Shown here: piece by piece, positions 18,643-29,730 of the stretch
Layout: each line of letters opens with the position of its first letter
How positions within the stretch are numbered: position 1 is the stretch's first letter
Assembly: GCA_963793265.1 (NCBI GenBank)
Contig: CAWBZI010000006.1
Span: 288,001 to 352,000 of the forward strand
DNA: 64,000 nucleotides
Source of the DNA: an uncultured cyanobacterium
GTDB taxonomy: Bacteria > Cyanobacteriota > Cyanobacteriia > Phormidesmidales > Phormidesmidaceae
Reading direction: 5' to 3'
Program-made: the position numbers and the translations under genes
The notes under the pieces: generated by a model
What the model saw: only the letters and a program-made list of their open reading frames with translations
Databases searched by the model: none
What the model was told of the DNA's origin: nothing

Positions 18643-19248
18643 ATGAGCGCAATCTCCCCGCAGGCCGAAAGATCCTACACAAACGTTATGGAAAGGCTTG
18701 TTGCCGAAGAAGTTGAGCGCCAGAAAGCGAAACTTCCTCCAAAGCTACGCGAATACATCAAAACGGTTGAGGTAGAAACCTACGCTCTTAATCGCCTGCC
18801 CGCCCTTTATGCCTCTAGTGAAAAAGGCTGGCAAATGCAGTATGAAAAAGCCGCTAAAGCCCATGCCAAAACGGTTGCACAGGCCGTTCGCCAGGGTATT
18901 GCGGCTGTTCAGGTAGATCCGCTACGAGCCTCTCAGCCGTTATCTGTTCGCCAAAACGACGAGTCCGAAGCAATTCTTACCACCTTTCGCAATATGCTTA
19001 ATCAGCCAGATTTGGGCTGGGAAGACATTTTATACAAGTGCAAGCGCATTTTACTGCCACGCAACCATCCCGACCGCCCGCCGCTTAGAGACGAGTCGCA
19101 GCACAAAGCCTATTGGCAACCTGGCGCATATGGAGGTGCAACAGATTGGGAGAAAACGCAGCAGCGTCGTCATCCGAAAAGAGGTAGTGCCCTTGCCGAT
19201 CAAAAAGAGGGCGCGAAGAACGCTTGGTCAGAGCAGTACAAAATCTAG
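18643..19248 (+). CDS. ComFB-family protein
   Basis: NVMERLV...ETYALNRLPALYASSEKG signature. Confidence 0.8.
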   Translation: MSAISPQAERSYTNVMERLVAEEVERQKAKLPPKLREYIKTVEVETYALNRLPALYASSEKGWQMQYEKAAKAHAKTVAQAVRQGIAAVQVDPLRASQPLSVRQNDESEAILTTFRNMLNQPDLGWEDILYKCKRILLPRNHPDRPPLRDESQHKAYWQPGAYGGATDWEKTQQRRHPKRGSALADQKEGAKNAWSEQYKI

Positions 19249-19291
19249 ACTTTGTTCTGTTCTAGATCTGAAGGCTATTGGTCTTAAGAGC

Positions 19292-20512
19292 TTAGATTCT
19301 ATCCAAACCCAAATCTTTCATACCTTGGCGAATGCGATCGCCCCCCATCGGATCTTCTTTTTCTATCAGCGCGATCGCTCTCTCAAATGCCCGCTTACTC
19401 TCCGGCAGCTTACCTAGCTTAAAGAGCACCACCGCCAAGTTTTGATAGGCCGCGCCATAGTTAGGATCAAGGACAATCGCATACTCATAGGCCCGCAGCG
19501 CAGGCTCTAAATATCCTCTAGCCCGATGCACCACGCCTAAGTTGAAGTAGGTAATCGGCTGCTTCGGATCAATCCGCGCTGCCACCTCATACTGCGATAG
19601 GGCCCCCGCCAAATCACCCTTCATTTTTAGCAGTGCGCCCAGGTTTAGATGCGCGCCTAGCTTTAGTCTGCCAGCGATTGGGAGTGCGATCGCCTTGCGA
19701 TAGTCCGCCTCAGCCGTTTCGATCTGCCCTAGATGCCGTCGCGCAATCCCTAAGTGGTAGTGCAGCTCATACTGCGTCATCGGATCAAAATTGCCTGAGC
19801 GTAGCGCTAGGGTGAGCGTTGAGATCGCCTTTTCCCACTCATCGCTCTGCGTATACAGCGCCCCCAGCTTATTGGCCATATAGGCGTCTTGCGGATGCGC
19901 CTGAAAATGCGCTTCCATAATCCGCCGCGCCCGAGCCAGCTTGTCTTTGGCCGCCACCTCAGTCACGCTATAGCCCGTATGGTCAATCGCCACATCGCCA
20001 AACTGCGCCACCTGCCAATGCTTTTGTGCCGACAGCAACGCCTCTACGCTCTCATCTACACTCTCGTGATAGGGCCGAATAAACTTGAGCTGTTCATGAT
20101 TGCGAAATAGCCGCGACACCATCGTATAGGGCGACTGATTCGCCCCAATTTCTCGGCGCATCATCGTCACCATCAGCAGATCGGCTGGGTCAACCTGGCC
20201 CAAAGGCTTCTCTTTTTTAATTGACTGGATCAACTGTCGTCCCGCCTGCGTCAGCGTCTCATCCGCATCCAGTATCAAAATCCAGTCTTTCGTCGCCCGA
20301 TCAAGCGACACATTACGAGCGTGAGCAAAATCATCGCCCCAAATCAAAAAGTCTACCTTCGCCCCAGCCGCTTCCGCAATCGTCGGCGTCGCATCCCCCG
20401 AGCCGGTATCGATCACCACCATCTCATCAACCAAATCTTTCACACTCGCCAAGCATCGAGGCAGATTTTTCGCCTCGTCTTTTACAATCATGCAAAGGCT
20501 GATGGTGGCCAT
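19292..20512 (-). CDS. GT2 glycosyltransferase with TPR repeats
   Basis: ISLCMIVKDE, DTGSGD and LILDADE motifs; C-terminal TPRs. Confidence 0.9.
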   Translation of the reverse strand: MATISLCMIVKDEAKNLPRCLASVKDLVDEMVVIDTGSGDATPTIAEAAGAKVDFLIWGDDFAHARNVSLDRATKDWILILDADETLTQAGRQLIQSIKKEKPLGQVDPADLLMVTMMRREIGANQSPYTMVSRLFRNHEQLKFIRPYHESVDESVEALLSAQKHWQVAQFGDVAIDHTGYSVTEVAAKDKLARARRIMEAHFQAHPQDAYMANKLGALYTQSDEWEKAISTLTLALRSGNFDPMTQYELHYHLGIARRHLGQIETAEADYRKAIALPIAGRLKLGAHLNLGALLKMKGDLAGALSQYEVAARIDPKQPITYFNLGVVHRARGYLEPALRAYEYAIVLDPNYGAAYQNLAVVLFKLGKLPESKRAFERAIALIEKEDPMGGDRIRQGMKDLGLDRI

Positions 20513-20587
20513 GGCTGCTAGTATCTCTGGTGTTAGTGCCTTGCTATGATATAGCTGCTAGCGACTTGTATCAGCTATCAATCAGTA

Positions 20588-22000
20588 CTAGGTAGACTGC
20601 TCTAATAAAGACTTCGCCCGCTCTAGCGCTATATTCACTTGCTTAAAGCCGGTACCGCCTGCGCTATTGCGAGCAGATACCACCTGGGCAGGGGCGATCG
20701 CCTCATAAATATCCACCTCAAACGCCGGGTGCAAATCCTGCCATTCTTCCAAACTCAAATCCTTCAGCAGCTTACCTGCTGCCAAAGACGTTTTCACCAC
20801 CTTACCGACCAGGTTATAAGCCTCACGAAACGGCACGTCTTTAGTCACTAAATAGTCCGCTACATCTGTTGCATTAGAAAAGTCTTCAGCCACCGCCTGA
20901 TTCAGCCGCTCTTTGCGAAACGTAATGCCCTCTTGCAACAAAATTGTCATCGCCTCCAAGCAGCCCGACACCGTTTTCACCGTATCAAAAATGGCCTCTT
21001 TATCTTCTTGCAAATCTTTGTTGTAAGCCAGCGGCAAGCCTTTCATCATCACCAGCAGCCCCTGCAAGTGCCCAAACACGCGGCCCGTCTTCCCTCTCAC
21101 CAGCTCAGGAATATCAGGATTCTTCTTCTGCGGCATAATGCTCGATCCAGTTGAGCAAGTATCGCCTAAGGTAACAAAGCGAAACTCTTCAGACGCCCAG
21201 AAAATAATCTCTTCTGATAGGCGCGACAGGTGCACCATAATCAGGCTCGCCGCCGCTGAGAACTCAATCGCAAAATCTCGGTCGCTTACCCCGTCCAAAC
21301 TGTTGTGGTAGATGTCATCAAACCCCAACAGTTTGGCCGAATAATGTCGATCGATTGGAAATGTCGTCCCGGCTAGTGCGCCACTGCCTAGCGGCGAAAT
21401 ATTAACTCGCTTGAGCACATCACCTAGCCGAGCCCAGTCCCGCTGCGTCATTTCAAAATAGGCCAGCAGATGATGTGCCAAACTCAACGGCTGCGCTCTT
21501 TGCAAATGCGTATAGCCAGGAATGAGCGTTTCAACATTCTCATCAGCAAGTGCAACAATTGCCTGCTGAAAGCCCTTGATTTTCTCTCGAATCTGTTCAA
21601 TTTGCCCGCGCAAATATAGCCGCAAATCTGTGCCTACCTGATCGTTCCGCGACCTGGCCGTATGTAGCTTCTTCCCGCCTGCTCCAATCAGCTCAATCAG
21701 CCGGTGCTCCACGGCAAAATGGACATCTTCTTCGTCCACACCCGGATTGAACTGACCGTTGCGGTATTCAGTGCGAATGGTTTCTAGTCCTGAAACAATT
21801 TGCTCGCATTCAGTATCGGAGAGAATGCCGACTTTGTTGAGCATTTTGGCATGGGCTACAGAGCCGGTTAGGTCACATTCTAAAAGCTGAATGTCGAAGC
21901 CGATACTGGCGTTGAACTGTGCGATCGCTGGATGCAGCGCTGATTCAAAACGTTGGCTCCAGGTTTGACCTGGGGCCTGACTTTGGGTCTGAGTCTCCAC
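20588..22000 (-). CDS. argH: Argininosuccinate lyase
   Basis: [20 protein letters not shown] and [12 protein letters not shown] motifs. Confidence 0.97.
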   Translation of the reverse strand: METQTQSQAPGQTWSQRFESALHPAIAQFNASIGFDIQLLECDLTGSVAHAKMLNKVGILSDTECEQIVSGLETIRTEYRNGQFNPGVDEEDVHFAVEHRLIELIGAGGKKLHTARSRNDQVGTDLRLYLRGQIEQIREKIKGFQQAIVALADENVETLIPGYTHLQRAQPLSLAHHLLAYFEMTQRDWARLGDVLKRVNISPLGSGALAGTTFPIDRHYSAKLLGFDDIYHNSLDGVSDRDFAIEFSAAASLIMVHLSRLSEEIIFWASEEFRFVTLGDTCSTGSSIMPQKKNPDIPELVRGKTGRVFGHLQGLLVMMKGLPLAYNKDLQEDKEAIFDTVKTVSGCLEAMTILLQEGITFRKERLNQAVAEDFSNATDVADYLVTKDVPFREAYNLVGKVVKTSLAAGKLLKDLSLEEWQDLHPAFEVDIYEAIAPAQVVSARNSAGGTGFKQVNIALERAKSLLEQST

Positions 22001-22110
22001 TATTCGCTCACGCTCCTACATACCGATATTGCAGAAGGCATGTCTCAAAACACACCTAAGCTCACCATACATTAGCAGCTTGCGAGAAAATGCGATCGCC
22101 TCTGGTCACC

Positions 22111-22326
22111 CTAACCGTAAGAAGAAAATGACTTAAAGGCGTAGCCAAGGGCCACCCCAATCAGCATCGCCCATAGCTGTCCCGACTCATAAAAGCCACC
22201 CAGCATATTGCCTGTCGTTCCAATCAAATCTTGGTCAAAATACTGCCCAACTACAGGCGTCCCAATCTGGCTGCTAAGCGTTGCAGATGTCTCAAGCTGC
22301 GCCGAGTAAAATTCAAAAGGTTCCAT
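22111..22326 (-). CDS. Small hypothetical membrane protein
   Basis: C-terminal SGQLWAMLIGVALGY hydrophobic segment; ATG 22326 is a plausible start. Confidence 0.6.
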   Translation of the reverse strand: MEPFEFYSAQLETSATLSSQIGTPVVGQYFDQDLIGTTGNMLGGFYESGQLWAMLIGVALGYAFKSFSSYG

Positions 22327-22477
22327 ACTTTTCCGGGGTGCTTGCGTTTGCAAAAATATCTAGTAAGACACCCAACAACGTACCCATAGCCCTCGACAGA
22401 TGTAACAGATAGACCAACTATTTTTGACGTCTGTCAATATTGATGGGGGCGTCATGGTCATGCGCCCTCCGGCTGAG

Positions 22478-23950
22478 CTAAACGCCCAAGGGTAAGCTAC
22501 AGGAAAGCTGTCTAAACTCCGCCTGCTGCGTCACGCGCATCACCACCAGCGTCGTATCGTCTTCCGCCTCTCGATCCGAGCCAACAAAGCGCTGAAGCAT
22601 CGAAAACAAATACTCCAAAATATCATCAGAGCTAGGCAAGTTTCGGCAGGCCCACGAAAAAGACTCAATCAAATTGTCTTCATCAAACCGCTGTCCGCTG
22701 CGATCAGAAGCTTCTGTAAAGCCATCTGTGTAGTAAATCACCGTATCGCCAGGCTGTAACTGCACCTGATTTTCTTGATAGCGCGTGTCCATATCAAGAC
22801 CTAGCAGCATACCGTCAGCGTCTAATCGAACTATCTGACCCGTTGCAGCCTGCCACAGCAGCGGCGGGTTATGGGCGGCGTTTCCATACGAAAGCACCTG
22901 CGTTCGCGGATCGTACTGCGCGCAAAACAGCGTCACAAACCGATTTGAGCTTTCTAAGTCAGTCCGCATCACCCAGTTAAGATGCTGTAGCAGATGACTC
23001 GGCGAATGACTGTTAAGCACCTCAGCTCTGAGCATTCCTCTCAGCATCGTCATCATCAAACCCGCCGGAACGCCTTTGCCCATCACATCGCCAATCGCAA
23101 AGTTCCAGGGTTGCTCTCTTGAAGCCGGGTCTTCGGGTTTTCTAAGCTGCTCGTATGTCGTCGGAATAAAATCGTAATAGTCGCCGCCTACCTTATTGGC
23201 CGTATTGCATCGAGCGGCCAAATCGACCCCTTCAATCGTCGGACACTGACGGGGCAATAGCTGCGCCTGGATCTCAGCACCTAACTCTAGCTCTCGATCC
23301 ATTCTTTCTTTATGCCGCAGCTCGTTCGTCAGCTCGTTGTTTTCAATCGCAACTGCCGTTTGGTCAGCGACTAAGCGCACCAGCTTTTGTCGAGTTTCGC
23401 TCCAGGTATAGTCACCTTCCTGGCTAAACACATACAGCCGACCACGCTCCACGTTCTGCACGATAATTGCCGTGCCAAATATTTGACAATTAGCCCCTAA
23501 ATACTTCCCTGCCTGACGATCTAGCGACATCATTGTTGCATGGGTAATCGCCATTGCCTCTTCCGCCGTTGCCCGAGAAGAGGCAATCGTTGCCGTAATT
23601 TGGCGGGTGGCCATCTCTAGAGCCAGGCGTACGTCTTGACAATCACCCGTGCCCGCCGTTTCGTTGACACAGTGAATCTGCTCTAGCCGCAGCTGGCCGT
23701 CGGGCTGAAACATGACCAAAGCGCCGCCCGAAGCATCGGTAACGCGACTGGCGATCATCGGAATAAGTTCTAGAAACTGACTGAGGTTGTTGAGGCTACG
23801 AAGCGCGAAGCCTAGCGAACCCAAGAGATCCTGAATTTTTGACTGCTCTCGTTGTAGCCGAGAAACCAACTCTCTCAAGGCGTAGACAGAAGTGCTGTTG
23901 GGTACCGCGGAAGGGTGAGTCAAAGTGGGGTGGGGTAGCGAGTTTGGCAT
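22478..23950 (-). CDS. GAF-domain PP2C/SpoIIE-family Ser/Thr phosphatase (RsbU-like)
   Basis: VGGDYYDF, IGDVMGKG, YTDGFTE and DDTT motifs. Confidence 0.9.
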   Translation of the reverse strand: MPNSLPHPTLTHPSAVPNSTSVYALRELVSRLQREQSKIQDLLGSLGFALRSLNNLSQFLELIPMIASRVTDASGGALVMFQPDGQLRLEQIHCVNETAGTGDCQDVRLALEMATRQITATIASSRATAEEAMAITHATMMSLDRQAGKYLGANCQIFGTAIIVQNVERGRLYVFSQEGDYTWSETRQKLVRLVADQTAVAIENNELTNELRHKERMDRELELGAEIQAQLLPRQCPTIEGVDLAARCNTANKVGGDYYDFIPTTYEQLRKPEDPASREQPWNFAIGDVMGKGVPAGLMMTMLRGMLRAEVLNSHSPSHLLQHLNWVMRTDLESSNRFVTLFCAQYDPRTQVLSYGNAAHNPPLLWQAATGQIVRLDADGMLLGLDMDTRYQENQVQLQPGDTVIYYTDGFTEASDRSGQRFDEDNLIESFSWACRNLPSSDDILEYLFSMLQRFVGSDREAEDDTTLVVMRVTQQAEFRQLSCSLPLGV

Positions 23951-24277
23951 AGCGCTTCTGCTAGGAACTGGGTGACGACTTCTCTGATGAATGAGAATTT
24001 GAAGGAGAGAGACACCTAGACTGCATGGAAGAACGTGAGTGGTAAAGGATAGAACTTATGAGTTGCTTTAGTTCGGATTAAGTAAACCCAGCTAGCACGG
24101 CGTAACTGTCAAAATTAGCCATCACGATAGCATCTCGTTGGTATGAGTCAAGCATCTGTAGCAATAGATCAGCTAAATACCGCAGATAGTTATCAAAGTT
24201 CGTCACTTTTATATGTACGCACAGCGTTTGCTTGCAGACGTGAGTCAATCGTGAGAGTACGACAGGCTAAGGCTGTC

Positions 24278-25108
24278 TTATGCTTTTGGCTTATGCATCT
24301 TCTGAGGCACCTTTTGAGATAGCGATCGCCTGCAAAATCGAATCACCTCACTAATAACATCAGTCTGCCGGGGATAGCTCACGACCGGGCGCTGAATCAA
24401 AACCAAGCGAATGCCCAGTTCAGCGGCCACCTGCCTTTTAGTATCTTCACCACTAGGACGACCAGAGGCTTTGGCCACCACCCGCGAGATCCGCCACTGC
24501 CGCCACAGCGCTTTTTCTAACGCAGGTGATACTGGGGGCCGAAGGGCGATGATTTCTGACGGGGCGAATCCGGCAGCGAGGGTGCAGGCGATCGCATCAG
24601 CAGAGGGCAGTATCCTAGCAAATAGTCGCGAAGTTTGCCGTAAAGTTGCAAACCGAGATAAATATCTATACCCCAAAGTGAACAAAACTCTCTGGTGGCA
24701 AAGCAAATCGCTCTCTAGTAAAGAATCAATAGAATCGACAAAAACTACGGTATCGTCCGCTGCCTGCTCACAGCTCGAACCAGTGCTAGAAAGATTAGAG
24801 CGCTCGTAGCGGAGGTAGGGAATAGGCGGTGTAAGCGACTCAGCGAGTGTGATCGCCTGCCGAGACACCTCACAGGCAAACGGATGCGAGGCATCTAAAA
24901 TACATTCAATTTGCTGCTGCTGAACGAACGCGCTCATCGCCTCAGGCGTCAGCTTCCCGACGCGCACCTGAGCTGTTGGGTCATATAGCGCTTTGGCCGC
25001 AGCGGTTGTGACGGTCACCACGTAAGGCATTTTTTGGTCGGACAGGGCGATCGCGAGTTCGGCACTTTCACTTGTGCCACCAATTAGCCAAACAGATTTT
25101 AAGGCCAC
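24278..25108 (-). CDS. cobK: Cobalt-precorrin-6A/precorrin-6x reductase
   Basis: WLIGGTSES, ILDASHPFA, YLRYER and VVAKASG motifs. Confidence 0.9.
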   Translation of the reverse strand: MALKSVWLIGGTSESAELAIALSDQKMPYVVTVTTAAAKALYDPTAQVRVGKLTPEAMSAFVQQQQIECILDASHPFACEVSRQAITLAESLTPPIPYLRYERSNLSSTGSSCEQAADDTVVFVDSIDSLLESDLLCHQRVLFTLGYRYLSRFATLRQTSRLFARILPSADAIACTLAAGFAPSEIIALRPPVSPALEKALWRQWRISRVVAKASGRPSGEDTKRQVAAELGIRLVLIQRPVVSYPRQTDVISEVIRFCRRSLSQKVPQKMHKPKA

Positions 25109-25830
25109 CGAATCTTGTAGAGGTGAAACAGCTCGCCGCTCTGCTGCTTAACGATCTTTGCACCAACGGTTTTGATCAGCGCCTGCCATGCGCTCAAATC
25201 CTCTAAAAACACGTCTGCGCCCAGATACGTCTCCAAGATCGCCCAGTTCTCAGCCAGCTCTTGCTCAGGATCAATTACGTCGAAGACTAAAAAACCGCCC
25301 GGTTTTAGCAGTGGCTTCACCGCCTCCATCACAGCCTGCCAGTAGTCGAGTGAGTAATAGCAGCTAAAGCCGGTTGCGATCGCCATATCAAAACGCTGCG
25401 GCGGATAGTCGAGCAAATGAGCTGGGCCTTTCTTCACGCCTTTAAACAGCTTAGAGTCGAGCTGAGGCCCACGCTGATGCAGCGTTTTAACCGCAAAATC
25501 GCTAATATCCTGGCCGTGAAACAGCGCCTGCCAGCTTTTCCACTCATAGATCAAAAAGCTAAAGCCGCAGCCCAAATCTAAGCAGTGCTGATTTTTCTTC
25601 GGCTTGGCAATTTCCCAAAAAGGCGAGGCAATCCGTGAGTTCAGCGAGCCCGCTGCCCAATCGCGAAAAACAGGCATCGCCTCGACCTCTTCAGGCAGCT
25701 CGAATGATTTGCCCTCGTATTCTGCATCGAATCTTTGGGCCGTTGAAGCGATCGCACTTCCCCAGGCCGCAGACTTATCGTCATTAAGCACATCGCCTAG
25801 CAGAGACAATCCTTTTGGCGGTTTACTCAT
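25099..25830 (-). CDS. Class I SAM-dependent methyltransferase
   Basis: CLDLGCG and LLKPGG motifs. Confidence 0.85.
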   Translation of the reverse strand: MSKPPKGLSLLGDVLNDDKSAAWGSAIASTAQRFDAEYEGKSFELPEEVEAMPVFRDWAAGSLNSRIASPFWEIAKPKKNQHCLDLGCGFSFLIYEWKSWQALFHGQDISDFAVKTLHQRGPQLDSKLFKGVKKGPAHLLDYPPQRFDMAIATGFSCYYSLDYWQAVMEAVKPLLKPGGFLVFDVIDPEQELAENWAILETYLGADVFLEDLSAWQALIKTVGAKIVKQQSGELFHLYKIRWP

Positions 25831-26012
25831 TTCGAGCCCTTAATAGCTTTTGAAAAGTTGCGGCGATAAGATTTGTTGCTGATTAAAAAGACAGGCCAAA
25901 GCAACGTCAAAGACAATCGACGTGAGCTGAAGTCAGTACGATTAAAGCCCGTCCAGAACTTCCAAACGCCGATGCCATAGGCAATCAAAAGAATCGGAAT
26001 CACAATTTCCAT
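25827..26012 (-). CDS. Small hypothetical membrane protein
   Basis: 61 aa, WKFWTGFNRTDF...LLWP...YRRNF; ATGA-coupled to the methyltransferase gene. Confidence 0.7.
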   Translation of the reverse strand: MEIVIPILLIAYGIGVWKFWTGFNRTDFSSRRLSLTLLWPVFLISNKSYRRNFSKAIKGSK

Positions 26013-26192
26013 AAAACATTTCCTCCTTGGAATAGTTGAGTTAGGCCCACTTGGGGTCTAATTAAGGTCTACTGGGGCTCTACTGCTTTATACATCAATA
26101 TCGTTGGGGCTGAATACGGTCAAATACAGAGTTTGTAGCACTGCTATAAGATGTCAGAAAATCGCTTTTAATAAAACGCTCGGAGAGTAACG

Positions 26193-28736
26193 ATGCGCGC
26201 AGTTCTTATGGCAGGTGGCTCAGGCACCCGGCTCAGGCCCCTCACCTGCGATTTGCCCAAACCGATGGTGCCTGTGCTCAACCGCCCAATTGCCGAGCAC
26301 ATTATCAACCTGCTCAAACGCCATCACATCACCGAAATCATCGCCACTCTATTTTATCTGCCCGATGTCATGCGCGACTACTTTCAAGACGGCAGTGACT
26401 TTGGCGTGCAGATGACCTACGCGGTCGAAGAAGATCAGCCTTTGGGTACGGCTGGCTGCGTCAAAAACGTAAGTGATTTGCTTGACGAAACTTTCTTGGT
26501 GATTAGCGGCGATAGTATTACCGACTTTGATTTGCAAAAGGCGATCGCCTATCACAAACAAACCGGCTCAAAAGCAACCCTCGTCCTCACCCGCGTTCCT
26601 AACCCGATCGAATTCGGTGTGGTCATCACAGATTCCACTGGCCGAATCGTTCGCTTTCTCGAAAAGCCCTCAACCAGCGAAGTTTTCTCGGATACCGTTA
26701 ATACTGGCACCTACATTCTAGAGCCCGAAATCCTAGACTACTTACCCACTAATCGCGAGCAAGACTTTTCCAAAGATCTATTCCCTCGCCTACTCGAACG
26801 CGGCGAGCCCATATACGGCTATGTAGCCGAAGGCTACTGGTGCGATGTTGGCCACCTAGACGGCTATCGCGAAGCACACTACGACGCGCTTTACGGCAAA
26901 GTACAAATCGACTACGCCTACCCCGAAAAAACCACGGGCATCTATGTTGGCAACAACTCTTTTGTGCACCCAACCGCCAGCATTGCTGCACCTGCCATCA
27001 TCGGAGATAACTGTCGCATCGGGGCAAGAGCCGTGCTTGGCCCAGGCACGGTCATTGGCGATAACGTCACCATCGGCAGCGATGCCAATCTCAAAAGACC
27101 GATCGTCTGGAACGGCGCGGTCGTTGGCGAAGAAGCGCATCTGCGCGCCTGTGTGATTGCCAGAGGTACGCGCGTCGATCGGCGGGCACATGTGCTAGAA
27201 GGCGCAATTATTGGCCCCATGTCTACGGTAGGCGAAGAGGCAAAAATTAGCCCTGGTGTGAGAGTATGGCCCAGCAAAATTATTGAAGCGGGTGCCACAC
27301 TCAACATCAACCTGATTTGGGGGCAGACGGCGCAGCGTAACCTGTTCGGGCAGCGGGGCGTTTCTGGCCTGGCTAATGTAGATATTACGCCGGAGTTTGC
27401 CGTCAAGCTCGGTGCGGCCTATGGCTCTACCCTCAAGCCCAATACCTCGGTGGCGGTTTCACGCGATCAGCGCAGCATTTCGCGGATGGTTTCTAGATCA
27501 ATTATTGCCGGACTGATGTCGGTTGGTGTGAATGTGCAAAACCTGGAAGCCGTTTCAATTCCAGTTGCTAGAAATGTATTGCCGACACTGCATGTCGCAG
27601 GTGGTATTCATGTAAGACTGCATCCCAATCGCTGCGATTTCATTCTGATTGAGTTTTTTGACGAGAGCGGCATCGATATTGCTAAGGCCAAAGAAAAGAA
27701 AATAGAGGGCGCTTACTTTAAAGAAGACCTGCGCCGCGCTCAAGTTCACGAGATTGGCTCTGTTAGCTATCCCAGCGGCCTTGTTGATATCTATACCACT
27801 GCTTTTGAAAAAAATCTGAACGCAGAATCTATTCGTAACAGCAAGTCTAAGGTGGTAATCGACTACGCCTACGCCCTCTCAGGCGCGGTGCTGCCTCAGA
27901 TACTAGGCAAATTCGGCTGCGATGCGGTTGTACTCAATGCCAGTCTCAGCCACACGGCCCCTTCAACGGCTGAGCGAGAGTCGCTTTTGGGTCAGCTTGG
28001 CCAGGTCGTTCATGCATTGCAGGCAACCTTTGGCGTGCAGGTATCGGCCAATGGTGAGCAGCTTGTGCTGGTCGATGAAGTGGGAACGCCCATTCGCGGC
28101 GAAACGCTTACAGCGCTGATGGCGCACATGATTTTGACGGCCAATCCGCAGGGCACGGTGGTGGTGCCGGTGAATGCGTCGGGATCGATTGAGGCGATCG
28201 CCCGCCGTCACGGTGGCAAGGTCATCAGAACCAAAGCCAATCCCACCGCGCTCATGGAAGCGTGTACCCATCACAACAAAGCGCGTCAAAACGTCGTGCT
28301 CGGCGGCAGCGGTGATATGGGCTTTATTTTTCCGCAGCTTCACCCTGGCTTCGATGCGATGTTCTGTATCGCTAAGCTAATTGAGATGCTGCTAATTCAG
28401 GAGCGATCACTGGGCCAAATCTGGGAGGAACTGCCGCAGATTGCCCATCGCACCCAAACAATCCGCTGCCCCTGGACGATCAAAGGCGCGCTCATGCGTT
28501 ATCTTGTAGAAACCCATTCAGCCGAGCATTTAGAGCTGATAGACGGCGTAAAGGTGATCGATCCAGACCGGCAAAACATTCGAGAAAACTGGGTGCTGGT
28601 GCTACCCGATGCCAGTGAGCCGCTGGTTCATATTTATGCCAACAGCGCCGCTCGCGATTGGGTAGATCAGCAGCTCCATGACTATCGGCTGCGGGTACAA
28701 CATTTTATAGAGTCAGAGCAGGGAATTAAGGAATAA
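26193..28736 (+). CDS. Mannose-1-phosphate guanylyltransferase-like NTP transferase / hexapeptide / phosphohexomutase-like fusion
   Basis: MAGGSGTRLRPLT...PKP, left-handed beta-helix repeats, and a C-terminal PGM/PMM-like region lacking the TASHNP phosphoserine motif. Confidence 0.9.
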   Translation: MRAVLMAGGSGTRLRPLTCDLPKPMVPVLNRPIAEHIINLLKRHHITEIIATLFYLPDVMRDYFQDGSDFGVQMTYAVEEDQPLGTAGCVKNVSDLLDETFLVISGDSITDFDLQKAIAYHKQTGSKATLVLTRVPNPIEFGVVITDSTGRIVRFLEKPSTSEVFSDTVNTGTYILEPEILDYLPTNREQDFSKDLFPRLLERGEPIYGYVAEGYWCDVGHLDGYREAHYDALYGKVQIDYAYPEKTTGIYVGNNSFVHPTASIAAPAIIGDNCRIGARAVLGPGTVIGDNVTIGSDANLKRPIVWNGAVVGEEAHLRACVIARGTRVDRRAHVLEGAIIGPMSTVGEEAKISPGVRVWPSKIIEAGATLNINLIWGQTAQRNLFGQRGVSGLANVDITPEFAVKLGAAYGSTLKPNTSVAVSRDQRSISRMVSRSIIAGLMSVGVNVQNLEAVSIPVARNVLPTLHVAGGIHVRLHPNRCDFILIEFFDESGIDIAKAKEKKIEGAYFKEDLRRAQVHEIGSVSYPSGLVDIYTTAFEKNLNAESIRNSKSKVVIDYAYALSGAVLPQILGKFGCDAVVLNASLSHTAPSTAERESLLGQLGQVVHALQATFGVQVSANGEQLVLVDEVGTPIRGETLTALMAHMILTANPQGTVVVPVNASGSIEAIARRHGGKVIRTKANPTALMEACTHHNKARQNVVLGGSGDMGFIFPQLHPGFDAMFCIAKLIEMLLIQERSLGQIWEELPQIAHRTQTIRCPWTIKGALMRYLVETHSAEHLELIDGVKVIDPDRQNIRENWVLVLPDASEPLVHIYANSAARDWVDQQLHDYRLRVQHFIESEQGIKE

Positions 28737-28742
28737 GAGCGT

Positions 28743-29222
28743 ATGAACAATTGCATCTTGATGGCAGAGATTGTAGAAGCGCCTCAGCTACGCTACACCG
28801 CTGATAATCAGACGCCAATTGCCGAGTTTGTAGTGAAGTTTCCAGGCTTGCGTGATGAGGATACGCCTGGGCAGATGAAGGTAGTCGGCTGGGGCAACCT
28901 GGCGCAAGAAATTCAGGAAAAGTATCGGATGGGCGATCGCGTTCTGCTCGAAGGGCGCTTGGGTATGAGCACCGTAGAGCGCCCTGAAGGCTTTAAAGAA
29001 AAGCGCGCCGAAATGACCGTTCAGCGCGTCAGCCCCATTGGCGACTTGCAGGCCATGACGATTGCCGAGCCAACGCCTGTTGCTGCCGGTAAGTTTGTTG
29101 GGACTACTGGGGCTACACCGGCTTCAGCCCCCTCAGCTGCCGCTGTACCTGCTGCCCCTGCAAAGACACCTGTCGCCGCGCCTGCGGCTGATGCGCCTGA
29201 CTACGACGACATTCCGTTTTAA
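28743..29222 (+). CDS. Single-stranded DNA-binding protein (cyanobacterial SSB paralog)
   Basis: OB-fold-like N-terminus (PQLRYT...LEGRL) and acidic DDIPF tail. Confidence 0.85.
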   Translation: MNNCILMAEIVEAPQLRYTADNQTPIAEFVVKFPGLRDEDTPGQMKVVGWGNLAQEIQEKYRMGDRVLLEGRLGMSTVERPEGFKEKRAEMTVQRVSPIGDLQAMTIAEPTPVAAGKFVGTTGATPASAPSAAAVPAAPAKTPVAAPAADAPDYDDIPF

Positions 29223-29233
29223 TGTAATATCTC

Positions 29234-29251
29234 GCCCCTCTTCGGAGGGGC
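29234..29251. terminator. Hairpin between the convergent ssb and STAS genes
   Basis: GCCCCTC-TTCG-GAGGGGC, a perfect stem with a cUUCGg tetraloop. Confidence 0.6.
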
Positions 29252-29273
29252 ACAAAATTCGAGCGCTTCGCCT

Positions 29274-29597
29274 CTACAGCGAAGTTTCAAACGCTTCACG
29301 ATTCTCAAATATCTGAAACACACGATCCATACTGGTGAGTTCAAAGAGCATTTTCACCTGCGGATTGATTGAGCACACCACCATCTCGCACTCTTGAGCG
29401 CGCACTTTTTTGAGCACCGACACCAGCGTGCCTAAGCCAGAGCTGTCTACAAAAGTCGTATCTTTAAGATCCATCAGCAGCGTTTTAGCGCCTGTATCTA
29501 GGGCGCTATCTACTTGCGTGCGAACTTCTTCAGCCTGGGTGCCATCTAAAACGCCAGAGGGTGCGAGCACCTGAACGGTCATATCTATACTTGCCAT
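29274..29597 (-). CDS. STAS-domain anti-sigma factor antagonist
   Basis: FVDSSGLG and LFELTSMDRVF motifs. Confidence 0.9.
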   Translation of the reverse strand: MASIDMTVQVLAPSGVLDGTQAEEVRTQVDSALDTGAKTLLMDLKDTTFVDSSGLGTLVSVLKKVRAQECEMVVCSINPQVKMLFELTSMDRVFQIFENREAFETSL

Positions 29598-29730
29598 AAT
29601 TCACCTAAAGACTTTCTTTGACAATCGGCAAATAGTACCAGTTAGCAAACGGCTAGTCAGCGAACCAGTGAACAAACTACCGGTGGATATACGGATAGCT
29701 TTGCCTGCACTTTATAGAGTTCTGTGTGTA

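Noticed and set aside
26193..28736. Degenerate mutase domain in the nucleotidyltransferase fusion as a novelty
   Set aside because: As far as I recall this architecture is common in cyanobacteria, so it is not specific to this genome.
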